64,000 nt of DNA, from sequence record NZ_CP082221.1; one strand, written 5' to 3'. Positions 38,194-47,513 of the stretch are shown here, piece after piece (within the stretch, counting starts at the first letter, position 1; each line of letters begins with the position of its first letter). Source of the stretch: a plasmid. The notes beneath the pieces are model-generated. The model ran no database searches, was not told the DNA's origin, and was given only the letters and a program-made list of their open reading frames with translations. Made by a program: the position numbers and the translations under genes.

Positions 38194-39250
38194 AAGAAAT
38201 TCTACATTTAGCAGTTCGTCTTATTTCATCTGACCATTCAAACAATTTCTCTTCAGATAAAGGAATTTTGCTATTCATAGCAGCCTTGATAAAACACATT
38301 GTTCCATGCTCAGGATCATCGGAACTTCTTTCAGCTCTATAGTTATATAGTGAATTTACTAAGGAATTATAATTATTGTGATCAGCTTTTATTTTCCAGT
38401 ATCCGATAGCAAAAATATCAGAGACGGCTTCACGCCAGAGTTGTGTTTGTTCAGATCTCTCATTAAGCAAATATGATTGCAGATCAGTAACTTTATTAGC
38501 TTGGTCGGGAGCGATGGACAGAGTGGACAATGGGTTCAAAGAGTTTTTGTTAGGTAAATCTCTTGACCTATCAAGACAATGAGCAAATTCATGCATCATG
38601 ATTCCTTGAACCCACAAGTCCTTATCGACTAAAGAAGGTGCAGTATTTAAGACATTTTGGGGTGATAGATTTAAAATGCAATAACCCGATGCTGCTTGCA
38701 TAGAAGCCGGAGAAGCATTAGGGATATTAAGTGTTGTTAATGCCCAACTATCATTTATGTCGCCAAGCTCAACCACAGTTTTATAATTTTTAAAAGCGTA
38801 ATCTTTTAAGATTTTAAACCCGGTTGCAGAACTTAGAAATTCTTGCCTTTGATCATCAAATTGCTTTTGCGAATAGAGTTTTAATGAATTACCTACTATA
38901 ACGGCTATCAATGCAATCAACAGCGTAAAACTTGCAGAAAGAGAACCTGAAATTATGAATTGTTTTAATTTACTAGTAACCGGATGAGGACCCTTTTTAA
39001 TTTGACTATTTAATAAAAAAAATAAGGGAGTCATCGTCATCAAAGAAAGTATAGTTAAACCGATTACCGGGTAATGCAACGGAATTATGAAGCCCAACAG
39101 AGGCCATATCATGATAGAAATCACAAATAGAATGAAAAGGACGGGGATAGTCAAATCATTCAAGTTAATTTTGTGATTAGACATTTTTATATCCTGGTAA
39201 TTAGTTTCAAGCGTTGCGGATCCGCAAATAATTATTATAACTAACGACAA
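38192..39250 (-). CDS. membrane-anchored HExxH metallopeptidase-like protein (paralog A)
   Basis: N-terminal TM helices; IMMHEFAHCLD zinc-binding motif; paralog of 41467-42492. Confidence 0.5.
   Translation of the reverse strand: MSLVIIIICGSATLETNYQDIKMSNHKINLNDLTIPVLFILFVISIMIWPLLGFIIPLHYPVIGLTILSLMTMTPLFFLLNSQIKKGPHPVTSKLKQFIISGSLSASFTLLIALIAVIVGNSLKLYSQKQFDDQRQEFLSSATGFKILKDYAFKNYKTVVELGDINDSWALTTLNIPNASPASMQAASGYCILNLSPQNVLNTAPSLVDKDLWVQGIMMHEFAHCLDRSRDLPNKNSLNPLSTLSIAPDQANKVTDLQSYLLNERSEQTQLWREAVSDIFAIGYWKIKADHNNYNSLVNSLYNYRAERSSDDPEHGTMCFIKAAMNSKIPLSEEKLFEWSDEIRRTAKCRIS
39213..39228. repeat. palindrome family member
   Basis: gttgcggatccgcaaa in the 5' end of the minus-strand HExxH gene. 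Confidence 0.8.
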
Positions 39251-39349
39251 TCAATGTCGTTGTAATGATTTTAAAGAATTTTTTTAATTTGCTTTTTTTA
39301 AGACTCAGCTCTACCATTTATTTTGAATTTGTAACATTTTCAAGATAGC

Positions 39350-40642
39350 ATGAAAGAGCATGTCTTCGCCCTAATCGATATTAATAACTGCTATGCTAGT
39401 ATTGAGCGGTTTTTTAATCCACAACTTATTGATAAACCAGTTATTGTCTTGTCAAATGGGGATGCCACGGTAGTAGCCCGTTCAAATGAGGCGAAATTGC
39501 TTGGAATTCAGATGGGCGTTCCGCTCTTTAAGATAAAAGATATTATTAAGCGTAATAACGTTGTGATGTTGTCTAGTAATTATACAGTTTATGGTGAAAT
39601 GAGTAGACGCTTTCATTCTATTATAAATCAATTTGTTACTGATCAAGAAATGGAAGTCTATAGTATAGATGAAGCTTGGCTCTTACTAACTAATTACGAG
39701 AGTTTATTTGATCTAACTGAATATGCACATACTATAAAAAAAGAAATCTTTCGATTAATTGGTTTGCCCGTCTCAGTTGGATTGGGTAGATCAAAAACAG
39801 AGGCTAAATTAGGTAATTTTCTAGCAAAAAAGATGAAACATTTCAATGGAGTATGCGATTTAGTTAACATGGATCCACTCATAAAAGAAGACATTTTTCA
39901 GGATATTCCCTTGAATGAAGTGTGGGGAGTTGGAAGGCGAATAGCAAAGCAATTAAATAATTTTGGGTTTTCTTCAGTTTATGACTTAGCTGTTGCTAAT
40001 CCAGTATGGATAAAAAAACAATTTAGTGTGGTATTAGCAAGAACAGTAATGGAGCTGCGAGGAATCCCATGTATTGAGATTGAGCATAGTCCACCAAGTC
40101 AAAAGCAAATAATATCATCAAAATCTTTTGGTCAGCGTGTCACAGCATTGGAAGACTTACAAGAAGCAATTTCTCGATATACTCAAGATGCGTTTAGAAG
40201 GCTTAGAAAAGCTAATTTGCTTTGTGGTTGTATCATTGTATTCGCACACTCTAATCCATTTGATAATAAAAGAAAGTACTACTATAAGAGCTCTACAAGT
40301 GGTTTTGTTATTCCTACTGATAATGTTTTAACTTTGGTTGAAGCTGCGGTAAAGCTAATCGAGAAAGTGTATACAGAAGGGATAGAATATAAAAAGTGCG
40401 GGCTTATATTAACCGGGCTGGAACCAAAGTCACTTTTCACATATGACTTATTAACAGATATGGATGATATAGCAAAACAAGAAAATCTCATGTTAGCGTT
40501 CGAGTCGATCACTAATAAATTTGGTAAAAAAAAGCTTGCAGTTGGTACATGTATGTTCCCGGATCGGAAATGGACCATGTGCCGTAATAGCCTAAGCCAA
40601 AATTATTTTTCATGGGATGGGCTATTAAAAATTAACAATTAA
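39350..40642 (+). CDS. umuC: Y-family DNA polymerase UmuC
   Basis: N-terminus FALIDINNCYASIERFFNPQL, 430 aa typical UmuC length and motifs; no umuD adjacent. Confidence 0.85.
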   Translation: MKEHVFALIDINNCYASIERFFNPQLIDKPVIVLSNGDATVVARSNEAKLLGIQMGVPLFKIKDIIKRNNVVMLSSNYTVYGEMSRRFHSIINQFVTDQEMEVYSIDEAWLLLTNYESLFDLTEYAHTIKKEIFRLIGLPVSVGLGRSKTEAKLGNFLAKKMKHFNGVCDLVNMDPLIKEDIFQDIPLNEVWGVGRRIAKQLNNFGFSSVYDLAVANPVWIKKQFSVVLARTVMELRGIPCIEIEHSPPSQKQIISSKSFGQRVTALEDLQEAISRYTQDAFRRLRKANLLCGCIIVFAHSNPFDNKRKYYYKSSTSGFVIPTDNVLTLVEAAVKLIEKVYTEGIEYKKCGLILTGLEPKSLFTYDLLTDMDDIAKQENLMLAFESITNKFGKKKLAVGTCMFPDRKWTMCRNSLSQNYFSWDGLLKINN

Positions 40643-40656
40643 AAGTCGAAATTTAA

Positions 40657-40941
40657 TTATTCTGGACTCGTAAACAGGAAATCAATAGAAATTTTTGGAG
40701 CTTCCTCAATATAAACAGGAATAGTATTTAAACCAAGTGCTAGCGCTGCCCTAAATCGGTTTTCCCCAAGATTAACAATGAATTCTCCTGTTTTATCGGG
40801 ATTCATTCGCACGCTGATAGGGAGTAAAAAGCCATCTTTCTTTATGCTCAATACAAGAGCTTCAATATTTTCGTATACATCATCTTTTTTACTTGATGAG
40901 ATCAATTTCAGTGGCATTTGGATAATTTCTTTGGTTTTCAT
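40657..40941 (-). CDS. ParB N-terminal-domain-like mini protein
   Basis: 94 aa; GENRFRAA motif as in ParB/Srx fold GERRxRA box. Confidence 0.45.
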   Translation of the reverse strand: MKTKEIIQMPLKLISSSKKDDVYENIEALVLSIKKDGFLLPISVRMNPDKTGEFIVNLGENRFRAALALGLNTIPVYIEEAPKISIDFLFTSPE

Positions 40942-40966
40942 ACTTTTTCCAATTAGCTACGATGGT

Positions 40967-41194
40967 TTACTTTATTACGAATATAGCCGAGTCCATTTTC
41001 CTTTGGAATCGCTCAGAATCGGATAATTTGATGAAGCAAAACTTACCAGTTGGAACCATAGATTTAATAACACATTGATGCATATTTGCTAATTTTTCAT
41101 TTATAGATTGTTGCCATTGATCTAAAGTTAGACCAGCTTCATTAGCCCTTTTCATTTGTAAATCAAGTGGCATATTTAAAAGATTTTTCTTCAC
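40967..41194 (-). CDS. hypothetical small protein
   Basis: 75 aa ORF upstream of and same strand as the ParB-like ORF. Confidence 0.3.
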   Translation of the reverse strand: MKKNLLNMPLDLQMKRANEAGLTLDQWQQSINEKLANMHQCVIKSMVPTGKFCFIKLSDSERFQRKMDSAIFVIK

Positions 41195-41466
41195 TAGGAA
41201 CCTCTTTTTTTAGGAGTTCAGCAAACTAATATAAAAAATACCCTCTAGATTGCGTTCATTTACTGTTTAAGCCCTAACTTAAGATTAAGACCTATGTTCA
41301 TACAGATCAATTAAAATGCTCATATACGCGAATCTATGAAGTAAAGGCGCGGTGAAAATACAGGAATTTAAAAATATAAGTTGATTTTTTACCTTATAAG
41401 CACAATATATTGTGATTTTAGTATCATCTCTCCTAAACATACACAAGATATACGGTTCAAACAACA

Positions 41467-42492
41467 ATGAAGTCAATTTCGCATATGATCCTGCTATTTC
41501 TAGCACAAATTGGATTAGTAATATCATCAATATTTATTGTCATTCTGAATTTTTATATACAACCTAATAATAATTTTTTGGGGTTAAATGTTTGTATAGC
41601 CATAATATCAGTAGCTTATATATTGTATTTTATTTGGAAAAATTTTTCAGAAGTATTGAAAGGATGGGATATAAAACTTGTATATGGTGCTCTATCATTG
41701 ATTTTTTTAGTTATTGTAGGCACTTCAGGAACATTTCTTCATTTGTACTCAATTAGAGATCAGCAAAAGTTTACAAAAACAAATGAACAAGATGCTAAGA
41801 GTAAAGAATTCGGAATTATTCAAAAGCTTGGTCATGAAAATGATGTATATATTAAACTTGGAAATACAAGGACAAGTTGGGCTCTAACAAGATTAGTAGT
41901 TGTACCAGATGCATCAGGCGCATCAATGTATTTAATGAACGGATATTGTGCATTAAATTATTCTGATGTTTCGAGCCAAGATATGAAGCAAGAAATGATA
42001 AAAAATATATCAAAAGATAAGCTTGCAAAGGAAAGACTTGATATTCCAAAGATGGCAATAATGATGCATGAGTTTGCACATTGTATTGATATTAAGAGAG
42101 ATTATTTAACATTCAATATAAATGCAGCAAATTCAGATAAGACAACAATTTTAGGTACAAACGCTATAGCACCAAAATTTAGATCCCACGTAAAAGATCT
42201 AATGAGTTACCAAGAGCTTGGTAGCGCCTCTACATTGTGGAAAGAAGTTTTTGCGGATCTTTATATGGCGGGTTATCTGTATGTAAATCATCCTAGCATT
42301 GCAGACCAAGCTGTTAATAATTGGAGTAAATTAAGAGCAAAAAATACAAAAGACGATGAAGGGCATTCAACAAGTTGTTGGTTGAATATTGCTCAGACAT
42401 TGCCAAAACCAAGATCGAATAACGAATTAATAAATTGGGCAGATAATATTAGGTCGACCAGTAAATGCAAAAGTGATTTTTATAAGTCTTAG
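41467..42492 (+). CDS. membrane-anchored HExxH metallopeptidase-like protein (paralog B)
   Basis: TM helices; SWALTRL...ASGASM...GYCALN...IMMHEFAHCID blocks shared with 38192-39250. Confidence 0.5.
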   Translation: MKSISHMILLFLAQIGLVISSIFIVILNFYIQPNNNFLGLNVCIAIISVAYILYFIWKNFSEVLKGWDIKLVYGALSLIFLVIVGTSGTFLHLYSIRDQQKFTKTNEQDAKSKEFGIIQKLGHENDVYIKLGNTRTSWALTRLVVVPDASGASMYLMNGYCALNYSDVSSQDMKQEMIKNISKDKLAKERLDIPKMAIMMHEFAHCIDIKRDYLTFNINAANSDKTTILGTNAIAPKFRSHVKDLMSYQELGSASTLWKEVFADLYMAGYLYVNHPSIADQAVNNWSKLRAKNTKDDEGHSTSCWLNIAQTLPKPRSNNELINWADNIRSTSKCKSDFYKS

Positions 42493-42653
42493 AAAAAATC
42501 TAAAGCTAAACTTCTTATATTTTTGTAATAAAATGCCAAGAGAGTTTTAATAACTATTCTTGGCATTTTTTTATAAAACAAAAGGTTATGACATTTAATT
42601 ACTTTTATCCAGGAGCTGCTGAAGGAGAATGGCCATGGAATATTTTGCAACTT

Positions 42654-43157
42654 TTATCTAGGTTCATTTTCTGTGATTTCTTTAACTTTTATTACATTAA
42701 ATTCTTCAATAAATTTACACAGCTCTAAACTAGTATCGATGTTTAAGACACTCTTAGGTTGAACTTTAAAAGCTTCAGTTTTATCAAGATGTTTTTGCAT
42801 GTCAGTTTTATAAGAATCTAAAGCATAGTGATAATCAAACCCTCTAATATAACCTTTATTTGGATACATACATGGCACTAGAATACGATTTACAAGACCG
42901 TTAGACCCAACACCGGCTTTTGCTTGTTGAATTAAAAGAGTTTTAATATTTTCCTGTAATGCAAAGGGTAGTGGTGCTGCATTTATGCTCAACCAAGCAA
43001 TTAAAGTAAGAAAGAATGATAAGCTGAATGAATTATAGAAAATTGGACGTTTTTTTAATGCAAAGAAAATTAAACTAGCTAGCATTAACATCAAGAAAAA
43101 TATAAACACAAGGGAATAAAAATCTCCTAGATAAAGGAGCTCAAGCAAATTAATCAT
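42654..43157 (-). CDS. membrane-anchored hypothetical protein
   Basis: 167 aa, two N-terminal TM. Confidence 0.4.
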   Translation of the reverse strand: MINLLELLYLGDFYSLVFIFFLMLMLASLIFFALKKRPIFYNSFSLSFFLTLIAWLSINAAPLPFALQENIKTLLIQQAKAGVGSNGLVNRILVPCMYPNKGYIRGFDYHYALDSYKTDMQKHLDKTEAFKVQPKSVLNIDTSLELCKFIEEFNVIKVKEITENEPR

Positions 43158-43194
43158 TTATTAACCCGAAAAAATGAAGGACCGTGTTTAGAGG

Positions 43195-43860
43195 TTATTG
43201 TTTGAAGTCATATTTAATTTGTAAAAAATCATCGAACGTTATACGGATATTATTCCAATATTCATTAATTTCTTGGTTTTCAATGTTTTCCAGAAAATAC
43301 TCAACTCGATCAAGAAATACTTCAGTATCTTTCTGTATTGTTTTGAAAATAGTAATAACTCGAATAGTATCAGACTTATACTTCATCAATTCAAAGTAGC
43401 AATGTATTAAATCGCTTATAAATCTGTCATTTAGAGATTTTAACTGAATTATGGAGCTATTTTTTTGCGCTTTAAGGTTATGTTCTGATATCAATGATTT
43501 GATTTTAGATAAATCTTTCAATTGATTCGGATCTATGGATTTAAGAAAGTCTGTTATTGCATTAATTGGCCGCTTCCAAAAATAAAAATTCTTTCTTTGT
43601 CTTGCAGCGATCACAAAAAGTTCTTTTATGGTTGACGGAATATTATCATTTGAAAGTAATTCCATTGCGCCCGGGATAAATCTTAATGCACTGGGCTTCC
43701 GTAATTCTTCAAAATAAAGTCTTTGGTAAGTGTCATCAATTTGATAAAAGAACTCATTCTTTATTGGTCCTTCAATATAGGACAATAATGTATAAGAAGA
43801 GGTAGCATTTAGATGAACAACTTCACGGATATAACTTTCAACTCTATCTGAGATTTGCAT
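43195..43860 (-). CDS. hypothetical protein
   Basis: 221 aa; module gagcctcacggcttcaggag upstream on minus strand. Confidence 0.45.
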   Translation of the reverse strand: MQISDRVESYIREVVHLNATSSYTLLSYIEGPIKNEFFYQIDDTYQRLYFEELRKPSALRFIPGAMELLSNDNIPSTIKELFVIAARQRKNFYFWKRPINAITDFLKSIDPNQLKDLSKIKSLISEHNLKAQKNSSIIQLKSLNDRFISDLIHCYFELMKYKSDTIRVITIFKTIQKDTEVFLDRVEYFLENIENQEINEYWNNIRITFDDFLQIKYDFKQ

Positions 43861-43901
43861 TATTGACTCCTGAAGCCGTGAGGCTCAAAAATGTGTTTTG
43901 G

Positions 43902-44201
43902 TTATTTGCTTGAAGTAAAAAATGGAGGCGCAAAAGGAGCATATTTGTATGATGTACTAGGATCGCACGGAACAAAATACACTTCTCTTTCTAGAAATTT
44001 ATGAGCTCTTAAAGCTGGATCCTTAACAATTAATCCATAAATAACAAGTAAAATAATTAAAGGAATTATATTGTTAATCATGTAGCTAAGTGTGGAGCCC
44101 ATAATTGCAAATAAAAGAAATAACAAAAATTTCATAAACTTATTTTCAATCATTTTATTCTCCAATAGGTACAACACATACATGAAGTACCGTGTTGGCA
44201 A
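43902..44201 (-). CDS. small membrane protein
   Basis: 99 aa, 2 TM. Confidence 0.35.
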   Translation of the reverse strand: MPTRYFMYVLYLLENKMIENKFMKFLLFLLFAIMGSTLSYMINNIIPLIILLVIYGLIVKDPALRAHKFLEREVYFVPCDPSTSYKYAPFAPPFFTSSK

Positions 44202-44220
44202 AGTCTAAACAATTATCAAA

Positions 44221-44454
44221 TTATTGTTGCTCGATGATAATTGATCTACCTGTTTGTGTTCCAAAGTAACCTACTACTTTCCATCCCAAATCATAAATTT
44301 GTTGGATAGTTAAACGATCTTTTTGGCTAATGGCAGGGCACATATATGTTGAGTTATCACGGGAATAACATTCGCCTCCTTTTTTTTGAGCAAAAGCAGC
44401 ATTTGAAGCAGCAAGTGTTAAACCCAAAGTTAAAGATAAAAAGATTTTTTTCAT
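44221..44454 (-). CDS. small secreted protein
   Basis: signal peptide MKKIFLSLTLGLTLAASNAAFA. Confidence 0.4.
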   Translation of the reverse strand: MKKIFLSLTLGLTLAASNAAFAQKKGGECYSRDNSTYMCPAISQKDRLTIQQIYDLGWKVVGYFGTQTGRSIIIEQQ

Positions 44455-44705
44455 AATGGTTTCCTTGTAATGAGTGGGATTTTTTAAATCAAGTGTATGT
44501 TTAGATCATATGATAACCATATACAAAAAAAAAGTTAAGTTTAAAAATTCAACATTTTTAGTGAATGATTTATTTAAAGATGAATACGCAGAGTGATGCA
44601 CTAGAATAAGGTTACTAAGGCTAGAGTTGAAAAATGTAATTTGTGATAAAAAATAAATTTAAAATTGTGGATAACTAAAATATTTTGTGCTATAAAATAC
44701 GAAAA

Positions 44706-44740
44706 GTTGTAGCACTTTGATGATTTTTTTTGATTAGAAA
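44706..44740 (+). promoter_or_regulatory. conserved promoter motif copy 2 (upstream of rep)
   Basis: ttgtagcactttgatgatttttttt, variant of the motif at 17870 and 46119. Confidence 0.4.
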
Positions 44741-44924
44741 AATGCTATGCTTAAAAAGACGAAAGACTGAACGCGCCAACGTTCAGTCTCTCTGGTTGTT
44801 GTCAAGATCCTTCGCAGGGCATACTTAACAACGGTTATTTGTATAACGTAGATTCATAGTACATCTACTTCATATCTTTTGCAACCCTTTTATATGCGAA
44901 AGATCATTATAATAACCAAGAAAA

Positions 44925-46118
44925 GTGTGTCCAAATTGTACAATGGGCATACTTATGACTGTAAACTTTGTTAATTTAAATTCTAAAAAAGACTTTATAA
45001 TCAATAGATTATATGAAAACCTACCAAAAAAACCTTACTGTACCAGTGACTTCTTCGGATTAAAGATTCGTGACAAGAAACAAGCTATACGTCACTCACA
45101 TATACAAATTAATCATCCGAATTTTAAAAGATATATAGTTATTGATGCTGATTATCCAGGCGCAGCAACAGCTTGGCGGTATGATTTTGATGACAATATT
45201 CCAGTACCAAATTTAATTGTAGTTAATCCAGAAAATACTCATTGCCATTTTTACTATGAACTTGAAGCTCCAGTAAGTTTTACTGAAAGTTCCAGCAAGA
45301 GAGCTCAAGAATTTTATAATTCAGTTTCTAAAAAGCTCACTGAAGTATTAAAAGGTGACAGCAAGTACGTGGGACTAATAGCAAAGAATCCTGCACATGA
45401 AAAATGGATTGTAGAAGTACCACGATTAGAAAAGTATTCATTGCATGAACTTGTTGAACATTTAGAACTTAAGCCACATGAATACAGAAATATAAATTCA
45501 GAAAAACCCGGTATAGAGAAATTTGTAATTAACGGCCGTAATGATCATCTATTTAACGAAATACGGCATCAAGCATATATCGACATTAGAAGTTATAGAA
45601 GTAAAACATTTGTTGAGTGGTTTGATCATGTAAAAAGCTTATTAATAAATGCAAATAAGAATTTTAGCGTTCCGCTACCATATTCAGAAGTTTGTGCTAC
45701 AGCAAAATCAATCGCAAAATATTGTTGGAAAAAAGATAGCTACTGCTTTCAAGAGTTTTGTGAAAGGCAACATATTAAAGCAAAGAAAGGTGGACGTGCA
45801 AAATCCGATAAATATGTTGAAATGAGGCGCACGGCTGCGCGTTTATTGCGTTCTGGTAAAACTAAAACCTATATATCAGAATTACTTCAAGTATCGTACA
45901 GAAGCGTTCTCCGTTGGCTTCAAGGCATAAAAGTACAAGCTGCAATAATGCATTTATCAGAATTAAAAAAGTTATGTGACAATGCCCAAAATCAGATATT
46001 AGCCTGCTTCATTGCTTCTTTAATCGTTATTATTTTAGATGAGCACATTTATGATTTTAATGAATCTGAAGAATTAAAAATTACCATCAAATTCAAATTA
46101 AAAGTTCCAATTCAATAA
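44925..46118 (+). CDS. rep: replication initiator, Replicase/PriCT-type (primase-like Rep)
   Basis: GRNDHLFN matches the RN..LF signature of the replicase family; C-terminal HTH; perfect 9-bp hairpin (44762-44787) about 140 bp upstream; alternative starts at 44943 and 44955. Confidence 0.55.
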   Translation: MCPNCTMGILMTVNFVNLNSKKDFIINRLYENLPKKPYCTSDFFGLKIRDKKQAIRHSHIQINHPNFKRYIVIDADYPGAATAWRYDFDDNIPVPNLIVVNPENTHCHFYYELEAPVSFTESSSKRAQEFYNSVSKKLTEVLKGDSKYVGLIAKNPAHEKWIVEVPRLEKYSLHELVEHLELKPHEYRNINSEKPGIEKFVINGRNDHLFNEIRHQAYIDIRSYRSKTFVEWFDHVKSLLINANKNFSVPLPYSEVCATAKSIAKYCWKKDSYCFQEFCERQHIKAKKGGRAKSDKYVEMRRTAARLLRSGKTKTYISELLQVSYRSVLRWLQGIKVQAAIMHLSELKKLCDNAQNQILACFIASLIVIILDEHIYDFNESEELKITIKFKLKVPIQ

Positions 46119-46151
46119 TTGCAGCACTTTGATTGATTTTTTTTAGTATAG
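46119..46151 (+). promoter_or_regulatory. conserved promoter motif copy 3
   Basis: TTGCAG-N-TAGTAT, near-identical to 17870-17900. Confidence 0.45.
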
Positions 46152-46189
46152 TATGTTCATTGCTTACGATGTTTTACGGTGAACTATAG

Positions 46190-46429
46190 ATGGAAAATCT
46201 TTATTTTTTTAACGAGAGAAATAAATATCTTAAAGATATCAAATATTTAATATTTTTACTTCTACAAAATTCTATTGAAGATGCCTCTATTGAGCATCAA
46301 AAATTGATATCTATGTCAGTAAGGATATTAAATAACGGTGTCCTATATAAGATGGACTTTTCTAGTCTAATTTCTTTTAAAAATGAACTTATAAATCTAA
46401 ATAAGGAACTCAATAATGGTAACAAATAA
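46190..46429 (+). CDS. hypothetical small protein (antitoxin-position ORF)
   Basis: 79 aa, overlaps start of next ORF by 14 nt. Confidence 0.35.
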   Translation: MENLYFFNERNKYLKDIKYLIFLLLQNSIEDASIEHQKLISMSVRILNNGVLYKMDFSSLISFKNELINLNKELNNGNK

Positions 46430-47498
46430 TTTTGAAAATTCTCTAAATTCTAGTTTGAATTCGGAAGAAAGCATTAATCAACAATTTACTCAATTTGTAG
46501 ATAAGTATTTTAGTTTTTCTAAAGCTTTAGCTGTTAGTCAAGAAACTCCAACAGCTATATTAACTGTGGGTACTCATGATTCAGGTAAAGACGTAATCGT
46601 TGCACAAGCACAAGATGAATTAAATAAAAAAGGTGGTTCAATTTTAATTGACCAATCAATTTTTAAAGTTGCGGATCCGCAACAAGATAAAGACCATTCA
46701 ATTCATCAATTGATTTCTACTATTAGTAATGAAAAATATAATTTGCTTTTAAATCATGAATTTAAAAATGAAAATGTTTTAAATGATATTACTGAATCGC
46801 TTAAGAGTAAAAATTATACGATTGAAATCAGAGCAGTATCTTCATTCCCCCCTAATGAAAACTCTTTAGATAAAAATACACATCCTGAAACTTTAAGAGC
46901 AATAGAAGAATTAGAAAATTCAAAAGTTGTGGATAGTTTTAAAGTTTATGATCGTGTTGGTAAAGAAATTTACTCAAACATGCGTAATGATGAAGGGGTA
47001 TGGAACCAAAAAAAAGCTGGTTTAAATATCTATAATCAAGAAACGAATAAAACTTTATCTAAAACGGAGGCTGATTATAATTTGCTGACGCAACAACAAT
47101 TAAAAGAAATTGAAAATGCTCATCTAACAATTAATCCACGTGAAAACCAAAATAAAAATATAAACGGGAAATCAGAAAAGAACTTAGAAATAAATTTAGA
47201 CCCACCAAAGATTATTAAAGATCCTGGTTCATTTAGAGATGTAGTACATGGTATCGTGACGGATGAGTCTGAAAGGGATTTTACACTCAAAATCAATAAC
47301 TTGGTTGGAATAAAATACAGTAAAGATCAATTAAAGGATCAACTCGAAAAAGACAATAACTTTTATCGTGGACGAGAGTTATTTATTAATCATGCTGGGG
47401 ATATACCGCAATTAATGAATGAAAAGGAAATACAAGATTTTCATATTACTCAAGAACAAAGCTTACAACATGATGTTGGCGTAGAACTAGACAGATAA
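46416..47498 (+). CDS. hypothetical protein with zeta-toxin-like N-terminal pattern (degenerate P-loop)
   Basis: PTAILTVGTHDSGKDVIV...GGSILIDQSIFK resembles the zeta/PezT layout, but the Walker A is GxxxxGKD rather than GK[ST]. Confidence 0.35.
   Translation: MVTNNFENSLNSSLNSEESINQQFTQFVDKYFSFSKALAVSQETPTAILTVGTHDSGKDVIVAQAQDELNKKGGSILIDQSIFKVADPQQDKDHSIHQLISTISNEKYNLLLNHEFKNENVLNDITESLKSKNYTIEIRAVSSFPPNENSLDKNTHPETLRAIEELENSKVVDSFKVYDRVGKEIYSNMRNDEGVWNQKKAGLNIYNQETNKTLSKTEADYNLLTQQQLKEIENAHLTINPRENQNKNINGKSEKNLEINLDPPKIIKDPGSFRDVVHGIVTDESERDFTLKINNLVGIKYSKDQLKDQLEKDNNFYRGRELFINHAGDIPQLMNEKEIQDFHITQEQSLQHDVGVELDR
46668..46683. repeat. palindrome family member
   Basis: gttgcggatccgcaac inside ORF 46416-47498. 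Confidence 0.8.
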
Positions 47499-47513
47499 TT
47501 TGGAGTTACTAAT

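Noticed and set aside
39694-40578. Three small ORFs (39694-39894 -, 40128-40331 +, 40282-40578 -) inside umuC
   Set aside because: Nested in the UmuC frame. No independent signals.
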